Source: Flavobacteriales bacterium (lineage in GTDB: Bacteria; Bacteroidota; Bacteroidia; Palsa-965). Taken from it: a stretch of 64,000 nt of DNA. The stretch spans positions 64,001-128,000 of the forward strand of contig JBEIPA010000005.1 of assembly GCA_040377305.1 (NCBI GenBank), given 5' to 3'. The notes beneath the pieces were generated by a model that ran no database searches, was not told where the DNA came from, and was given only the letters and a program-made list of their open reading frames with translations. The translations under genes were made by a program, and so were the position numbers. Of this stretch, positions 17,709 through 33,513 are shown piece by piece; within the stretch, counting starts at the first letter, position 1; each line of letters begins with the position of its first letter.

Positions 17709-19873
17709 TTCTTTTTCTTTTTAATGTTTGATAGTTCACTTCCGAATTTGTCCAATATTTCTTCAATCGACATATTTAATTCTTTAGATAATTTATCTGC
17801 AAGGCGCTCAAGTTCATTCCTAGCCGATTGCACGTTATTAATGTCTTGGCGGATAGTTCGAACGTCCGCTTCACTCGGTTGAATAAAATCCAGAACGTAA
17901 TTTTTGTTTTTCAATATCTCCAATTCTTCGCGACAATAATTCACCGAAGTTCCAACGCCAGAAAGAGTAATCCAACCCAATCCGCGGGTCATTGCTGTAA
18001 ATATTTTATTTCTTTCAGTAATGTCGTTTTTATTTGTAAACACTTAATCAATACCTATTATATAAACTGACCCTGCTTCATTACCTTTTGCCCTAAATAT
18101 CGAGGATAACGTGACATGATCTTTGACTTTAAACACACTATTGTTCGTTGGAACATTTAAAAGATTAAAACACTTGACCCCATTAGCAGACAACTTTTGT
18201 TCGATAAACCCAAAGTAAGTTTTGGCATTCCGATTATCCATACAGACCACACTAATGTCTTCAGGATTAAGTTCCTTCGATAAATCTTCAAGTATTAAAT
18301 CAGCAACGCTTGCGCATTCCTGAGCCATACCTTCAAAATGCAAAACCTTAATTATTTCATTGGGGTCATCTAAGAAAGTATTTTTAAGTTCAAAACTATT
18401 CGCGAGTGGTCTAGAGATCACCATTTTCGAGCCAGGAGATGAATCACCAGATTCAACTTTAAAGCCAAGACTTTCCCAATGGTCGTTGCTTTCAAGTCGT
18501 TGAAGTACTTTTGCCTTCTCACTTTTAGCGTCAGTGTTGTAAATTCCAATTCCTAAAGAAAATGCAGCGATAAGAATTTTTCTGGGATTTCGGTAACATT
18601 TATGCAAGACAAGATCCTGTAAATGATCAATGCTTCTTTCAAAGTCGATGTACCATTCTCCGTTTAAGTCCCGGCCAAATGTTTCCTTTTCACTTTGAAG
18701 TTTAATGTCCAGAATATTTTGAAAATCGTCATAGGCCCAAACAACCCGATTATTTCTCGTAAGCGCTCGGCACAATCGATAAAAACTAATTGGAAAGTCT
18801 TGTGCCTCATCAAGCAAGCAATAGTCATACTGTGTTTTCAATACGTTCTTATTGAGTTCCTGACAGATGAAATCGAAAGGCTCTTCAGTTGATTTGAACC
18901 GCGCAGAATCCAGTGACATCGGATAAACGCCATTGTTCTTACATGCGTTATAATATACTCCTTCCAAACTTTTCCCTCCCCACGCGTGCATAATGTGGAT
19001 CTTATTCCAATTGGGATCCTTCTCCGCGAACTGACGATAAAAACGCGTAACCAGTCGTTTGACTAGATCATTTAGACTCTTAGTATAATATGTATAAAGG
19101 ATTTCTGCATCTGGATTCTGTAAGTGAATCTGTGCGGCCTTCATTGCTAGAATAATTGTTTTACCAGATCCAGCCAAACCACGAATACGTTGAGCCCCAT
19201 CAATTGTAAACAGCGCTGCTCGCTTTTGTTCAATGTCAAAATTGTACATTGCACTTTCAATCAACGTAAGGATCGCGCCCTTCGAATTTTTATAATCGAC
19301 TTTATCCTTGAGCTTCCTCTCACTAACTTTAGGAATACCTTTAGATCCCTCGATTGTAGCTTTCAAATCTTTAAAATCAGCATCGCTAAGTGGTTCTCCA
19401 TTGTACTTTTCCAATAGTGATTCCAGACCAGACTGATTAGAAATAAAATCAATATCCTGAGAATTTTCAACTAGCTTCGTTTGTCCATCGGCAGATAAGT
19501 AGTAAATCACTGGAGTGATAGTTACTTTCAGTTCTCGTCTTGCGCGCTGCAAACCTGGCGCATCTTTGAGGATTTTTGCAAAAATAATTCGATCAATTTC
19601 ATTAAGATCTTGCACAATTTGCTCAAGATTAATTTCAGCCCGATCTGAAAATTCCGCGCACTCAAAAATTACAACACCGTGACTCTGGCTAACAAGAAGG
19701 AGACTCGGAGTTACGATTTTTCTACCTGTTTCATCAGGGTATAATGGAAATTGATGGTATATACTAACATTACCCAGATCCTTCTTTCGGTCAATAGAGC
19801 CTAACATCTCAATCAACGACTGAACGCTTGGTTGTTCTTTGACCAAAACCTCGTTCATATTTCTCTCTATCAT
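17705..19873 (-). pseudogene. SF1 helicase of Helicase-DUF2290 type, interrupted by an in-frame TAA at 18044-18046
   Basis: Motifs GLAGSGKT, LLDEAQD, AYDDFQNI, YRNP, SIFRAKGNE precede the stop; motif VI FTAMTR follows in the same frame (17705..18043). Confidence 0.85.
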
Positions 19874-19910
19874 CGCTCTTGATATTTCAATTATTATAAA
19901 TTAACTATTT

Positions 19911-19918
19911 CAAATATA
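19911..19918 (-). promoter_or_regulatory. -7 promoter box for the helicase operon
   Basis: TATATTTG matches the Bacteroidota TAnnTTTG consensus. Confidence 0.5.
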
Positions 19919-19948
19919 ATCAATACAATCAGGGAGGATTTGTTTAAC

Positions 19949-19964
19949 CGTTTGAAAACGGATA
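19949..19964. repeat. Half-copy of the 13721 palindrome
   Basis: CGTTTGAAAACGGATA vs CGTTTGTAAACGGATA (15/16). Confidence 0.65.
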
Positions 19965-20096
19965 TTCTTCAAAATTGGCCAAAAACAAAGCCCCACAGTT
20001 ACCCGCACGGCTTTCCTTGACTAAATGATTTCTGATTCAGCCTACCCCTCCTCTTCCATCATCCGAATCGCGGAGACGCAACGTAATCGGAGATGC

Positions 20097-20126
20097 GGCG
20101 GTCCGGACGGGACTCGAACCCGCGAC
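20097..20126 (-). other. tRNA-Asp 3' fragment (att-like site)
   Basis: GTCGCGGGTTCGAGTCCCGTCCGGACCGCC = T-arm plus 3' acceptor strand; no anticodon arm or 5' half upstream. Confidence 0.8.
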
Positions 20127-20129
20127 TTT

Positions 20130-20164
20130 ATAAAACCGAAAGCGCCACCATTTCTGGTAGCGCT
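20130..20164 (-). terminator. rpoC terminator
   Basis: AGCGCTACCA-GAAA-TGGTGGCGCT then TTCGGTTTT. Confidence 0.75.
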
Positions 20165-20192
20165 CTCTTTTCTATCTGACCAAAGTCTCGGC

Positions 20193-23100
20193 CTACGCCT
20201 CCTCTTCCATCGTCTCTTTCTTCGCTTGCATCAATTTCTCGAACTCTTCTTTCGATCCTACTACAAGCTTCTCGTAAGCGCGGAGACCCGTTCCCGCAGG
20301 AATCAAGTGACCAACAATTACGTTCTCTTTCAAACCTTTCAGGTGATCCTGCTTGCCGTTGACAGCTGCTTCGTTCAGGACTTTTGTAGTCTCCTGGAAC
20401 GATGCTGCAGACACCCACGAATTAGTCTGGAGTGATGCTCGTGTAATACCTTGAAGAATCTGTGATGAAGTTGAAGGAACTGCATCGCGTGCATCAACAA
20501 GCTTCTGGTCTTTGCGCTTCAACATTGAATTCTCGTCGCGCAAACGACGTGCAGAAATAATTTGTCCTGCTTTCAGACTTGCTGAATCTCCTGGTTCGAT
20601 AACAACTTTCTTCGCGAACAAACGATCGTTCTCTTCCATGAAATCAGCTTTGTTGATGATCTGAGTTTCAAGGAACATAGTATCGCCCGGATCTACGATG
20701 TCTACTTTGCGCATCATCTGGCGGACGATTACTTCAAAGTGTTTGTCGTTGATCTTCACACCCTGCAAACGATATACTTCCTGTACTTCGTTTACAAGAT
20801 ATTCCTGCACCGCAGTTGGTCCTTTGATCGCGAGGATATCTCCAGGGCTGATGCTTCCATCAGACAATGATTCTCCTGCACGAATAAAGTCGTTCTCCTG
20901 TACAAGGATGTGTTTCGACAGTGGAATAAGATAAGTCTTCTTCTCACCTGTACGCGACTCAACCATTACCTCACGGTTACCACGTTTGATTTTTCCGAAT
21001 GTAACTACACCGTCGATCTCAGAAACCACAGCAGGATTGCTTGGGTTACGTGCTTCGAACAATTCTGTTACGCGTGGAAGACCACCTGTGATATCGCCTT
21101 GCTTACCAAGTGCGCGCGGAATCTTAACGAGAATTTGTCCCGCCTCAATTTTCGCTCCGTCCTCAATAACAATATGCGCCGCTACCGGAATGTTATAGTT
21201 CTTCAGAATCTCCGCTCCACCGATGATTCGGATAGAAGGGTTCTTCGTCTTGTCTTTTGATTCAGTAATTACTTTCTCACGGAAGCCGGTCTGTTCGTCA
21301 GACTCTTCGCGGAACGTAATACCTTCTTCGATGTGATCGAATTCAACTTTACCAGCGAACTCAGATACGATAACAGCGTTGTACGGATCCCAGTCGCAGA
21401 TCGTCTGACCTTTCTTAACTGTATCACCGTTCTTCACATACAGTACAGATCCGTAAGGAACGTTTCCTGTTGTAAGTACAATTCCTGTATTCGAATCAGA
21501 AATGCGCATCTCAGCTGAACGGCCGATTACAACATCCTGCATTCCGTCTTCTGTTTTACGCTTCACTGTACGGAGCTCGTCCATCTCAATGATACCGTCG
21601 TACTTCGCTTCCAGTTTAGAAGCTGCAGCAGAACCTCCCGCAACCCCACCAACGTGGAATGTACGGAGTGTAAGCTGTGTACCCGGCTCACCGATTGACT
21701 GTGCTGCGATAACGCCAACAGCTTCACCTTGCTGAACCATGCGGCCCGTTGCAAGATTACGTCCGTAACATTTTCCGCATACACCTTGCTTCGATTCGCA
21801 AGTGAGTACCGAACGGATCTCAACAGTTTCGATTGCTGAATTCTCAATACGTGTTGCAAACTCTTCCGTGATCTGCATTCCCGATTCAATGATCAGGTCG
21901 CCGGTCTGCGGATCGTATACATCATGTACAGTTGTGCGTCCGAGTACACGATCGTACAACGACTCTACAACTTCGTCTGACTTCTTCAATGCACCAGCAA
22001 CGAGTCCGCGCAATGTACCGCAATCGTCGTCTGTGATTACAACATCCTGTGCAACGTCAACGAGACGACGTGTGAGGTAACCCGCATCCGCCGTTTTAAG
22101 TGCTGTATCGGCAAGACCTTTACGCGCACCGTGAGTTGAAATGAAGTACTCCAAAATCGAAAGACCTTCTTTGAAGTTTGAGATAACCGGGTTCTCGATA
22201 ATTTCTCCGCCCGATGATCCTGCCTTAGAAGGTTTCGCCATCAGACCACGCATACCACCGAGCTGTTTGATCTGCTCTTTAGAACCACGTGCACCTGAAT
22301 CCAACATCATGTAAACAGGGTTGAAACCTTGTCTGTCTGATGAAAGCTGATCAAGTACTCGCTTCGTGATACGGTTATTTGTGTGTGTCCAGATGTCGAT
22401 GATCTGGTTATAACGTTCGTTGTTCGTGATGAAGCCCATGTTATAGTTGCTCTTCACTTCGTCAACGAGTCCGTTTGCTTCTTCAATCATCTTCACCTTC
22501 TCAACAGGTACGATGATGTCGCCAAGGTTAAACGAAAGTCCACCACGGAATGCTGCCATAAACCCGAGCTGCTTGATATCATCAAGGAACTTCGCGGTGT
22601 TAGCCATTCCGGTTTCTTTCAGTACGTAACCGATGATGTCACGCAACGATTTCTTCGTAAGAAGTTCGTTGATGTAACCTGCATCGTGCGGTACAACCTG
22701 GTTGAAAATGATTCGTCCAAGCGTTGTCTCAATAATTTTTGGAACAAGCGTGTTGTCTTCATTTCTGTGATTCGGAACTTTTACTTTCACGAATGCATTG
22801 AGGTCAACACGTCCTTCGTTGTACGCGATGATTGCTTCTTCTGCATTGTAGAATGTAAGTCCTTCTCCTTTGATCACCAATGTCTCATCTGTCTTACGAC
22901 CTTTCGTCATATAGTACAGACCCAACACCATATCTTGCGATGGTACAGTGATAGGAGCACCGTTCGCAGGGTTAAGGATGTTGTGTGACGCAAGCATCAA
23001 CAATTGTGCTTCAAGAATTGCAGCGTTACCGAGTGGAACGTGCACTGCCATCTGGTCACCGTCAAAGTCAGCGTTGAATGCTGTACATACGAGTGGGTGA

Positions 23101-24488
23101 AGCTGGATTGCTTTTCCTTCGATAAGTTTCGGCTGGAATGCCTGGATACCGAGACGGTGAAGTGTTGGTGCACGGTTCAGAAGAACCGGGTGACCTTTCA
23201 AAACGTTCTCAAGAATATCCCACACTACTGCGTCTTTACGGTCAACGATTTTCTTCGCCGATTTCACCGTCTTCACAATTCCTCTTTCGATGAGCTTGCG
23301 AATAATGAATGGTTTGAAGAGCTCCGCTGCCATGTCTTTTGGAAGACCGCACTCGTGCAATTTCAACTCAGGACCTACGACGATAACTGAACGTGCAGAA
23401 TAATCGACACGCTTACCAAGAAGGTTCTGACGGAAGCGGCCTTGTTTCCCTTTCAATGAATCAGAAAGTGATTTCAGAGCACGGTTTGATTCTGTCTTCA
23501 CCGCGTTTGACTTACGCGAGTTGTCGAACAGGGAATCAACTGCTTCCTGCAACATACGTTTCTCGTTACGGAGAATTACGTCTGGTGCTTTAATTTCAAT
23601 AAGACGCTTCAAACGGTTGTTACGGATGATCACACGACGATACAAGTCGTTAAGATCCGACGTAGCAAAACGTCCGCCATCCAGTGGAACAAGAGGACGA
23701 AGTTCAGGTGGAATTACCGGAACAACTTTGATGATCATCCACTCCGGACGATTCTCAACATTCTTATTCGCCTGACGGAACGCTTCAACAACCTGAAGGC
23801 GTTTCAATGCTTCGTTCTTACGTTGCTGTGAAGTCTCGTTGCCCGCTTTGTGGCGAAGCTCGTACGACAACTCATCAAGTTTAGTGCGCTGGAGAAGATC
23901 GTAAAGAGCTTCTGCACCCATTTTCGCAATGAACTTGTTTGGATCGGTATCATCCAGGTACTGGTTCTCTTTTGGAAGCGTCTCGAGAATTTCGAGGTAC
24001 TGATCTTCCGTAAGGAAATCCATGTGGTTGATTCCGTCTGCACCTTTAATACCAGCGTTGATTACAACATAACGCTCGTAGTAAATGATCATGTCCATCT
24101 TCTTCGTTGGAAGACCGAGGAGATAACCGATTTTGTTTGGCAGTGAACGGAAATACCAGATGTGTGCAACAGGCACAGTAAGGCTGATATGCCCCATGCG
24201 CTCGCGACGAACTTTCTTCTCTGTTACTTCAACACCGCAACGGTCGCACACAATACCCTTATAACGGATACGCTTGTACTTACCGCAATGACATTCCCAA
24301 TCCTTAACCGGTCCGAAAATACGTTCGCAGAACAAACCATCACGTTCAGGCTTGTACGTACGATAGTTAATCGTCTCCGGCTTCAGCACCTCTCCGCTCG
24401 AACGCTCAAGAATCGATTCCGGAGAAGCGAGACTGATCGTGATCGTCGAGAAGTTGCTTTTTATTTTGACATCTTTTCTGAAAGACAT
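20193..24488 (-). CDS. rpoC: RNA polymerase beta' subunit
   Basis: [12 protein letters not shown], zinc-finger [17 protein letters not shown]; start reassigned to MSFRKD at 24488. Confidence 0.99.
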   Translation of the reverse strand: MSFRKDVKIKSNFSTITISLASPESILERSSGEVLKPETINYRTYKPERDGLFCERIFGPVKDWECHCGKYKRIRYKGIVCDRCGVEVTEKKVRRERMGHISLTVPVAHIWYFRSLPNKIGYLLGLPTKKMDMIIYYERYVVINAGIKGADGINHMDFLTEDQYLEILETLPKENQYLDDTDPNKFIAKMGAEALYDLLQRTKLDELSYELRHKAGNETSQQRKNEALKRLQVVEAFRQANKNVENRPEWMIIKVVPVIPPELRPLVPLDGGRFATSDLNDLYRRVIIRNNRLKRLIEIKAPDVILRNEKRMLQEAVDSLFDNSRKSNAVKTESNRALKSLSDSLKGKQGRFRQNLLGKRVDYSARSVIVVGPELKLHECGLPKDMAAELFKPFIIRKLIERGIVKTVKSAKKIVDRKDAVVWDILENVLKGHPVLLNRAPTLHRLGIQAFQPKLIEGKAIQLHPLVCTAFNADFDGDQMAVHVPLGNAAILEAQLLMLASHNILNPANGAPITVPSQDMVLGLYYMTKGRKTDETLVIKGEGLTFYNAEEAIIAYNEGRVDLNAFVKVKVPNHRNEDNTLVPKIIETTLGRIIFNQVVPHDAGYINELLTKKSLRDIIGYVLKETGMANTAKFLDDIKQLGFMAAFRGGLSFNLGDIIVPVEKVKMIEEANGLVDEVKSNYNMGFITNNERYNQIIDIWTHTNNRITKRVLDQLSSDRQGFNPVYMMLDSGARGSKEQIKQLGGMRGLMAKPSKAGSSGGEIIENPVISNFKEGLSILEYFISTHGARKGLADTALKTADAGYLTRRLVDVAQDVVITDDDCGTLRGLVAGALKKSDEVVESLYDRVLGRTTVHDVYDPQTGDLIIESGMQITEEFATRIENSAIETVEIRSVLTCESKQGVCGKCYGRNLATGRMVQQGEAVGVIAAQSIGEPGTQLTLRTFHVGGVAGGSAAASKLEAKYDGIIEMDELRTVKRKTEDGMQDVVIGRSAEMRISDSNTGIVLTTGNVPYGSVLYVKNGDTVKKGQTICDWDPYNAVIVSEFAGKVEFDHIEEGITFREESDEQTGFREKVITESKDKTKNPSIRIIGGAEILKNYNIPVAAHIVIEDGAKIEAGQILVKIPRALGKQGDITGGLPRVTELFEARNPSNPAVVSEIDGVVTFGKIKRGNREVMVESRTGEKKTYLIPLSKHILVQENDFIRAGESLSDGSISPGDILAIKGPTAVQEYLVNEVQEVYRLQGVKINDKHFEVIVRQMMRKVDIVDPGDTMFLETQIINKADFMEENDRLFAKKVVIEPGDSASLKAGQIISARRLRDENSMLKRKDQKLVDARDAVPSTSSQILQGITRASLQTNSWVSAASFQETTKVLNEAAVNGKQDHLKGLKENVIVGHLIPAGTGLRAYEKLVVGSKEEFEKLMQAKKETMEEEA

Positions 24489-24550
24489 GTTCTTGTATTT
24501 AAAGTTATGATCGACGCAGGAAAAATCCTGCGTCGATATTGTCAAATCAA

Positions 24551-28366
<3,816 letters not shown>

Positions 28367-28402
28367 TTTTTATTCTTTGTGATGAAACGCACTGTAAGCA
28401 AC

Positions 28403-28455
28403 AAAAGGGTTTAGACCAGTGCTACGTGTACACGTGGCAACCTGGTCTAAACCTT
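28403..28455 (-). terminator. Hairpin/attenuator between rplL and rpoB
   Basis: GGTTTAGACCAG ... CTGGTCTAAACC stem followed by a T-run on the minus strand. Confidence 0.65.
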
Positions 28456-28473
28456 AAAAGTTATTGAAGGAGA

Positions 28474-28842
28474 TTACTTGATCTCAACTTCAGCACCAGC
28501 AGCTTCGAGCAGTTTCTTAAGTTCTTCAGCTCCGGCTTTGTCGATACCTTCTTTAATAGGTTTCGGTGCACCGTCAACGAGATCTTTCGCTTCTTTCAGT
28601 CCGAGTCCGGTTGCGTCTTTCACAACTTTCACAACCTGAAGTTTCTGACCACCACCTGATTTCAGGATGACATCAAATGTTGTCTTTTCAGCAGCAGCAG
28701 CAGCGCCACCACCAGCAGCAACTACTACAGCTGCAGCAGCTGGTTCGATACCGTAATCGTTCTTGAGAATATCAGCAAGGTCTTTCACTTCTTTTACTGT
28801 GAGGTTAACAAGCTGCTCAGCAAATGCTTTAACGTCTGCCAT
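28474..28842 (-). CDS. rplL: 50S ribosomal protein L7/L12
   Basis: [24 protein letters not shown]. Confidence 0.99.
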   Translation of the reverse strand: MADVKAFAEQLVNLTVKEVKDLADILKNDYGIEPAAAAVVVAAGGGAAAAAEKTTFDVILKSGGGQKLQVVKVVKDATGLGLKEAKDLVDGAPKPIKEGIDKAGAEELKKLLEAAGAEVEIK

Positions 28843-28914
28843 TGTATTTTGGTTTTTTTGAGATTAGACTTAGTTTGTAATTTTTCTATTTGAGTTCCGG
28901 AGTAACAATAAGTT

Positions 28915-29439
28915 TTAAGCCGGAGTTTCAGAAGATGCTTCAGCACCTCCCTCTTTCTTTTCTGCGTTCGCAACGAGGCCTGAAATTACATTCCGGGCAG
29001 GAGCCATGAGAGCTGAGATTACGTCGGCAATCATTTCGTTTTTCGATTTGATTGCTGCCAGTCCGTCCAGTTGGTCATCACCAACGTACACACTGTTCTC
29101 AACATAAGCTGCTTTCAATACAGGCTTCTTGTTCGTTCTGCGGAACTCTTTAATCAGTTTCGCCGGACCTGCGCTTGTTTCAGAAAACATGATTGAAGTT
29201 GAACCTTTCAACGCAACATACATTCCATTCCATTCTGCGTCGTTGGTTTTCTCCAATGCTTTCCGAAGCAACGTGTTTTTTACCACTACCAGTTTAATGT
29301 TCTGGTCATAGCATTTTCTACGGAGCTCACTAGTCTTGTGAGACGGAAGCTCCGAAGTGTCTGCCAGGTAAAAATTCTTGCTTGACGCAAGAAGTCCCGC
29401 GATGTCTTCGATGATCTGTGATTTATCTACTTTGTTCAT
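28915..29439 (-). CDS. rplJ: 50S ribosomal protein L10
   Basis: LRRKC....L.VVKNTLLRKA; synteny. Confidence 0.97.
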   Translation of the reverse strand: MNKVDKSQIIEDIAGLLASSKNFYLADTSELPSHKTSELRRKCYDQNIKLVVVKNTLLRKALEKTNDAEWNGMYVALKGSTSIMFSETSAGPAKLIKEFRRTNKKPVLKAAYVENSVYVGDDQLDGLAAIKSKNEMIADVISALMAPARNVISGLVANAEKKEGGAEASSETPA

Positions 29440-29450
29440 CTGTCGATTAG

Positions 29451-30143
29451 TTAAGCAATTGACTTGCTTTCGATTTGTACGCTTGGGCTCATTGTGCTAG
29501 ACACGTATACTGAACGCATATAGTCACCTTTAGCAGAAGCAGGTTTCAGTTTCAAAATCGTTGACAGGATTTCGTTTGCGTTATCAGCAAGCATATCTGA
29601 AGAGAAAGAAACTTTTCCGATAGGAACCGCAATGATTCCCGCTTTATCAACTTTGAAGTCGATTTTGCCGGCTTTTGATTCTTTCGTTGCTTTCGCAACA
29701 TCCATCGTAACGGTGCCGGTCTTCGGGTTAGGCATCAGACCGCGAGGCCCGAGTACTTTACCTAAAGCACCAACTTTACCCATCATAGACGGTGTTGTGA
29801 TGATAACGTCCACATCAGTCCAGCCTTCACGAATTTTCGTGATGTAATCGTCACCACCAACGAAATCAGCTCCGGCAGCAGTTGCTTCGGCTTCTTTATC
29901 TGGTGTGCAGATTACAAGTACGCGTACATTCTTACCTGTTCCGTGCGGAAGAGATACAGAACCACGTACCATCTGGTTTGCTTTACGCGGATCAACTCCG
30001 AGGCGGATACTTAAATCTACCGATGAGTCGAACTTTGTTGTGGTGATTTCCTTAATGATTTTGGTTGCATCAAGAACGTTGTACGACTTTGTTGCGTCGT
30101 ACTTGCCAATGATGGTCTTCCTTTTTTTAGTCAGTTTAGCCAT
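29451..30143 (-). CDS. rplA: 50S ribosomal protein L1
   Basis: [30 protein letters not shown]. Confidence 0.99.
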   Translation of the reverse strand: MAKLTKKRKTIIGKYDATKSYNVLDATKIIKEITTTKFDSSVDLSIRLGVDPRKANQMVRGSVSLPHGTGKNVRVLVICTPDKEAEATAAGADFVGGDDYITKIREGWTDVDVIITTPSMMGKVGALGKVLGPRGLMPNPKTGTVTMDVAKATKESKAGKIDFKVDKAGIIAVPIGKVSFSSDMLADNANEILSTILKLKPASAKGDYMRSVYVSSTMSPSVQIESKSIA

Positions 30144-30213
30144 TGAACCGATTTTGTGACGTTCGAACGATTACTGCCTCATTGCAGTGATCTCCGTCTG
30201 ATTTAACTTCTGT

Positions 30214-30657
30214 TTACTTGTTGAGCGGGCTCTCACCCGTTACAGATACACCCATGCTGCGAGCTGTTCCTGCTACCATGCTCATTGCTGAGTCTACAGT
30301 AAAGCAGTTGAGATCGGGCATTTTTGCTTCTGCAATTGTGCGCACCTGTTCCCATGAGATTGAACCAGCACGTTTGCGGTTCGACTCTCCTGAGCCAGCC
30401 TGGATTTTAGCATGTTCCATGATCTGCACAGCTACCGGCGGAGTTTTGATGATAAATTCAAATGATTTATCAGTATACACCGTGATGATAACCGGAAGAA
30501 CTTTTCCAGCCTTGTCCTGCGTACGAGCATTGAACTGCTTGCAAAACTCCATGATGTTCACACCTTTCGCACCCAATGCAGGTCCGATCGGAGGTGAAGG
30601 GTTAGCAGCGCCACCCTTGATCTGAAGCTTAATTAATGCACCTACTTCTTTTGCCAT
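30214..30657 (-). CDS. rplK: 50S ribosomal protein L11
   Basis: [24 protein letters not shown]. Confidence 0.99.
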   Translation of the reverse strand: MAKEVGALIKLQIKGGAANPSPPIGPALGAKGVNIMEFCKQFNARTQDKAGKVLPVIITVYTDKSFEFIIKTPPVAVQIMEHAKIQAGSGESNRKRAGSISWEQVRTIAEAKMPDLNCFTVDSAMSMVAGTARSMGVSVTGESPLNK

Positions 30658-30750
30658 TGTACTTTACTTTTTTTCGTTGTGCCCCGATGTTTACCATCGT
30701 GACGATTCTGTTATTTGTGGAAGCGCGTAACAGCGAGTTAATGATGCAGA

Positions 30751-31314
30751 CTATTCTTTTTCTACCTGCATGTAGTTGAGCTCAAGCGGCGTCTTTCTTC
30801 CGAAAATTTTCACCATTACTTTGAGCTTCTTCTTCTCTTCGTTGATCTCTTCGATCACACCAGAGAATGTATTGAATGGTCCGTCGATTACTTTAACCTG
30901 CTCACCTACTACAAACTGGTTGAGCATAGTTTCTTCAGCACCTGCCATCTCATCGACCTTACCAAGAATACGGTTGATCTCAGAATGTCTCAGCGGAACA
31001 GGATCTCCTGTTTTCGAACCGAGGAATCCGATTACACCCGTAATATTTTTCAGCAAGTGAGGAATCTCACCTACCAATGAACCTTCAAGCATTACATATC
31101 CCGGGAAGATGTTACGCTCTTTGCTCACTTTTTTTCCGCCACGGATCTGAATTACCTTCTCCATTGGAATGAGCACCTGCGTTACATAATCTCCAAGACC
31201 GAGACGCGTGATTTCAGATTCGATGTACTGCTTGATCTTCTTCTCCTTGCCGTTCACCACGCGAAGTACATACCACTTCTTAACCTGCGAATCGTTATTT
31301 TGAACTTCAGCCAT
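30751..31314 (-). CDS. nusG: Transcription factor NusG
   Basis: WYVLRV, FPGYV, KOW motif DGPF..F.G, IFGRKTPLEL; ATG at 31314 preferred. Confidence 0.98.
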   Translation of the reverse strand: MAEVQNNDSQVKKWYVLRVVNGKEKKIKQYIESEITRLGLGDYVTQVLIPMEKVIQIRGGKKVSKERNIFPGYVMLEGSLVGEIPHLLKNITGVIGFLGSKTGDPVPLRHSEINRILGKVDEMAGAEETMLNQFVVGEQVKVIDGPFNTFSGVIEEINEEKKKLKVMVKIFGRKTPLELNYMQVEKE

Positions 31315-31336
31315 TGTAGCTTCGTATTTCAATCAA

Positions 31337-31525
31337 TTACATTGAGTAAACAAGTTCCATTCCTGTCTGGAATGCAAAGTCCATCGCGAATACTACGATT
31401 GCAAAAATTACAGTTGCAATCATTACGATGATAGCGCTCTCTTGCAACTCAGCCCAGCTTGGCCATGTTACTTTGTTCACGAGCTCGTCGTAAACTTCAT
31501 CGAACCATACTCTCATTTTGTTCAT
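31337..31525 (-). CDS. secE: Preprotein translocase SecE
   Basis: ELVNKVTWPSW + TM helix; synteny. Confidence 0.96.
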   Translation of the reverse strand: MNKMRVWFDEVYDELVNKVTWPSWAELQESAIIVMIATVIFAIVVFAMDFAFQTGMELVYSM

Positions 31526-31583
31526 ACTCGATCTTTTTTGCTGCCGGTTCCCGATAAAATCGGGTCGGATTAATTTTTCGTTG

Positions 31584-31654
31584 CACGGGCACCAGGACTC
31601 GAACCTAGATCAACGGTTTTGGAGACCGCTATTCTACCATTGAACTATGCCCGT
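31584..31654 (-). tRNA. tRNA-Trp (CCA)
   Basis: ACGGGCATAGTTCAATGGTAGAA...CTCCAAA...GTTCGAGTCC...TGCCCGTG cloverleaf. Confidence 0.96.
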
Positions 31655-31697
31655 AGGTGTTAATCATTCACGCTACTCCTCGCTCAATTCGGGTAAT

Positions 31698-31724
31698 TTG
31701 TCATGCTGAGCGTAGTCGAAGCAT
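31698..31724. repeat. REP-like element GTCATGCTGAGCGTAGTCGAAG
   Basis: Related reverse-complement copies at about 38467-38497 and 47662-47690. Confidence 0.6.
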
Positions 31725-31743
31725 GCACCCGTATTTGGCAGCG

Positions 31744-31777
31744 AAAGGAGTACGGCATTTTATAGCCGCACTCCTTC
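31744..31777 (-). terminator. Hairpin downstream of tuf
   Basis: AAGGAGT.CGGC / GCCG.ACTCCTT stem. Confidence 0.55.
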
Positions 31778-31799
31778 GTCTGCAAATTGTATTTCAGTC

Positions 31800-32987
31800 T
31801 TATCGTGTAATCTCGATAACCTGACCAGCACCTACTGTGCGGCCACCTTCACGGATTGCGAAACGAAGACCTTTGTCCATTGCAATCGGAACGATCAATT
31901 TAACTGCGATCGTTACGTTGTCACCAGGCATAACCATCTCACGTCCTTCAGGAAGTGTGATCTCGCCAGTAACGTCAGTTGTACGGAAGTAGAACTGTGG
32001 ACGGTATTTGTTGTGGAACGGAGTGTGACGTCCGCCTTCTTCTTTCTTCAATACATAGATCTCAGCGTTGAAATCATGGTGTGGAGTGATAGAACCAGGC
32101 TTCGCGATAACCATACCGCGACGGATAGCTTCTTTCTCAATACCACGAAGGAGAAGACCTACGTTGTCACCAGCTTCACCACGGTCAAGAAGTTTACGGA
32201 ACATCTCAACACCAGTGCAAGTTGATTTCAACTGCTCTTCCTGCATTCCAATGATTACTACGTCTTCGCCAACGTTGATAACGCCAGTTTCGATACGACC
32301 TGTAGCAACTGTACCACGACCAGTGATCGTGAACACGTCTTCTACTGACATCAGGAACGGCTTGTCTTTATCGCGAGTAGGAGTTGGGATATAAGAATCC
32401 ACAGCATCCATCAATTCCATGATTTTTTCAACCCACTTAGGCTCTTTGTTCAATCCACCAAGTGCAGAACCGCGGATGATAGGAGTATTGTCGCCGTCGA
32501 ACTTGTAGAATGAAAGAAGTTCACGGATTTCCATCTCAACGAGGTCAAGAAGTTCCAAATCATCAACCATGTCCACTTTGTTCATGAACACAACCAACTG
32601 CGGAACACCTACCTGACGTGCAAGAAGGATGTGCTCGCGAGTCTGTGGCATAGGACCATCAGTAGCAGCAACAACGAGGATAGCGCCGTCCATCTGAGCA
32701 GCACCAGTAACCATGTTCTTCACATAGTCAGCGTGGCCTGGACAGTCAACGTGTGCGTAGTGACGCTTTTCAGTTGCGTACTCAACGTGTGCTGTGTTGA
32801 TCGTGATACCACGTTCTTTTTCTTCAGGAGCGTTATCAATTGACGAGAAGTCGCGAATTTCCGCAAGACCTTTCGATGCAAGAACTGTAGTAATTGCGGC
32901 AGTCAAAGTTGTTTTGCCGTGATCGACGTGACCAATTGTACCAACGTTCACGTGTGGTTTGGAACGGTCGAATTTCTCTTTTGCCAT
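31800..32987 (-). CDS. tuf: Elongation factor Tu
   Basis: [21 protein letters not shown]. Confidence 0.99.
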   Translation of the reverse strand: MAKEKFDRSKPHVNVGTIGHVDHGKTTLTAAITTVLASKGLAEIRDFSSIDNAPEEKERGITINTAHVEYATEKRHYAHVDCPGHADYVKNMVTGAAQMDGAILVVAATDGPMPQTREHILLARQVGVPQLVVFMNKVDMVDDLELLDLVEMEIRELLSFYKFDGDNTPIIRGSALGGLNKEPKWVEKIMELMDAVDSYIPTPTRDKDKPFLMSVEDVFTITGRGTVATGRIETGVINVGEDVVIIGMQEEQLKSTCTGVEMFRKLLDRGEAGDNVGLLLRGIEKEAIRRGMVIAKPGSITPHHDFNAEIYVLKKEEGGRHTPFHNKYRPQFYFRTTDVTGEITLPEGREMVMPGDNVTIAVKLIVPIAMDKGLRFAIREGGRTVGAGQVIEITR

Positions 32988-33122
32988 AGCTATGGTTTGT
33001 TAATTGTTGTGGTTATTGTGTTTGTTTCGAAACTTACTTTTTAATCTGATTATACTGTGAAAGCCCTTTCTGCAGAAAGAGAATTCGTAATCGCGGTTAT
33101 TAATGCAGTTGTAGCGTGTCAG

Positions 33123-33194
<72 letters not shown>

Positions 33195-33344
33195 GATCAG
33201 GAAAGCGTAATAAAAACTGATAAGCTGGAATCCGATTCCCGTTAGCAGATGCTTTTCGGAATTCGTGAGGAGATAAAATCATTTCTGATTTGTCATTCGT
33301 GATTTACGTTACCTAAAATCTTTAACCACAAATCTGAAATGTTT

Positions 33345-33420
33345 TGGAGCGGAAGACCGGGCTCGAACCGGCCACCCTCAGCTTGGAAGGCTGATGCTCT
33401 ACCAAATGAGCTACTTCCGC
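33345..33420 (-). tRNA. tRNA-Gly (TCC)
   Basis: GCGGAAGTAGCTCA...CTTCCAAG...TTCCGCTCCA with encoded CCA. Confidence 0.96.
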
Positions 33421-33425
33421 TTGGT

Positions 33426-33501
33426 TCAGTGCGCAGTGCACAGTAAGCAGTTGCAGTTTTGAATCTGCATACTGCGTACTGTGCACTGACCACTGCGTAC
33501 T
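33426..33501. repeat. Inverted heptamer tandem array (CAGTnnn)n...(ACTGnnn)n
   Basis: Same organisation at 45398-45473. Confidence 0.75.
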
Positions 33502-33513
33502 TTTTTTTTCGTG

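Larger units (their letters stand above)
1..20126. mobile_element. Accessory/defence island (left end outside the window; no integrase seen)
   Basis: TIR, OLD and Helicase-DUF2290 genes, many short ORFs, visibly AT-richer 13.7-20 kb, tRNA fragment at the boundary with rpoC. Confidence 0.45.

Noticed and set aside
13901-19873. Gabija (OLD + helicase)
   Set aside because: The helicase is on the opposite strand, convergent, and coupled to DUF2290 rather than to the OLD gene.
20025-20435. 136-aa + strand ORF and 96-aa minus ORF (20128..20418)
   Set aside because: Overlap the rpoC end, terminator and tRNA fragment; no protein-like features.
33426-33501. CRISPR array
   Set aside because: 7-nt periodic units with no unique spacers; no cas genes anywhere in the window.
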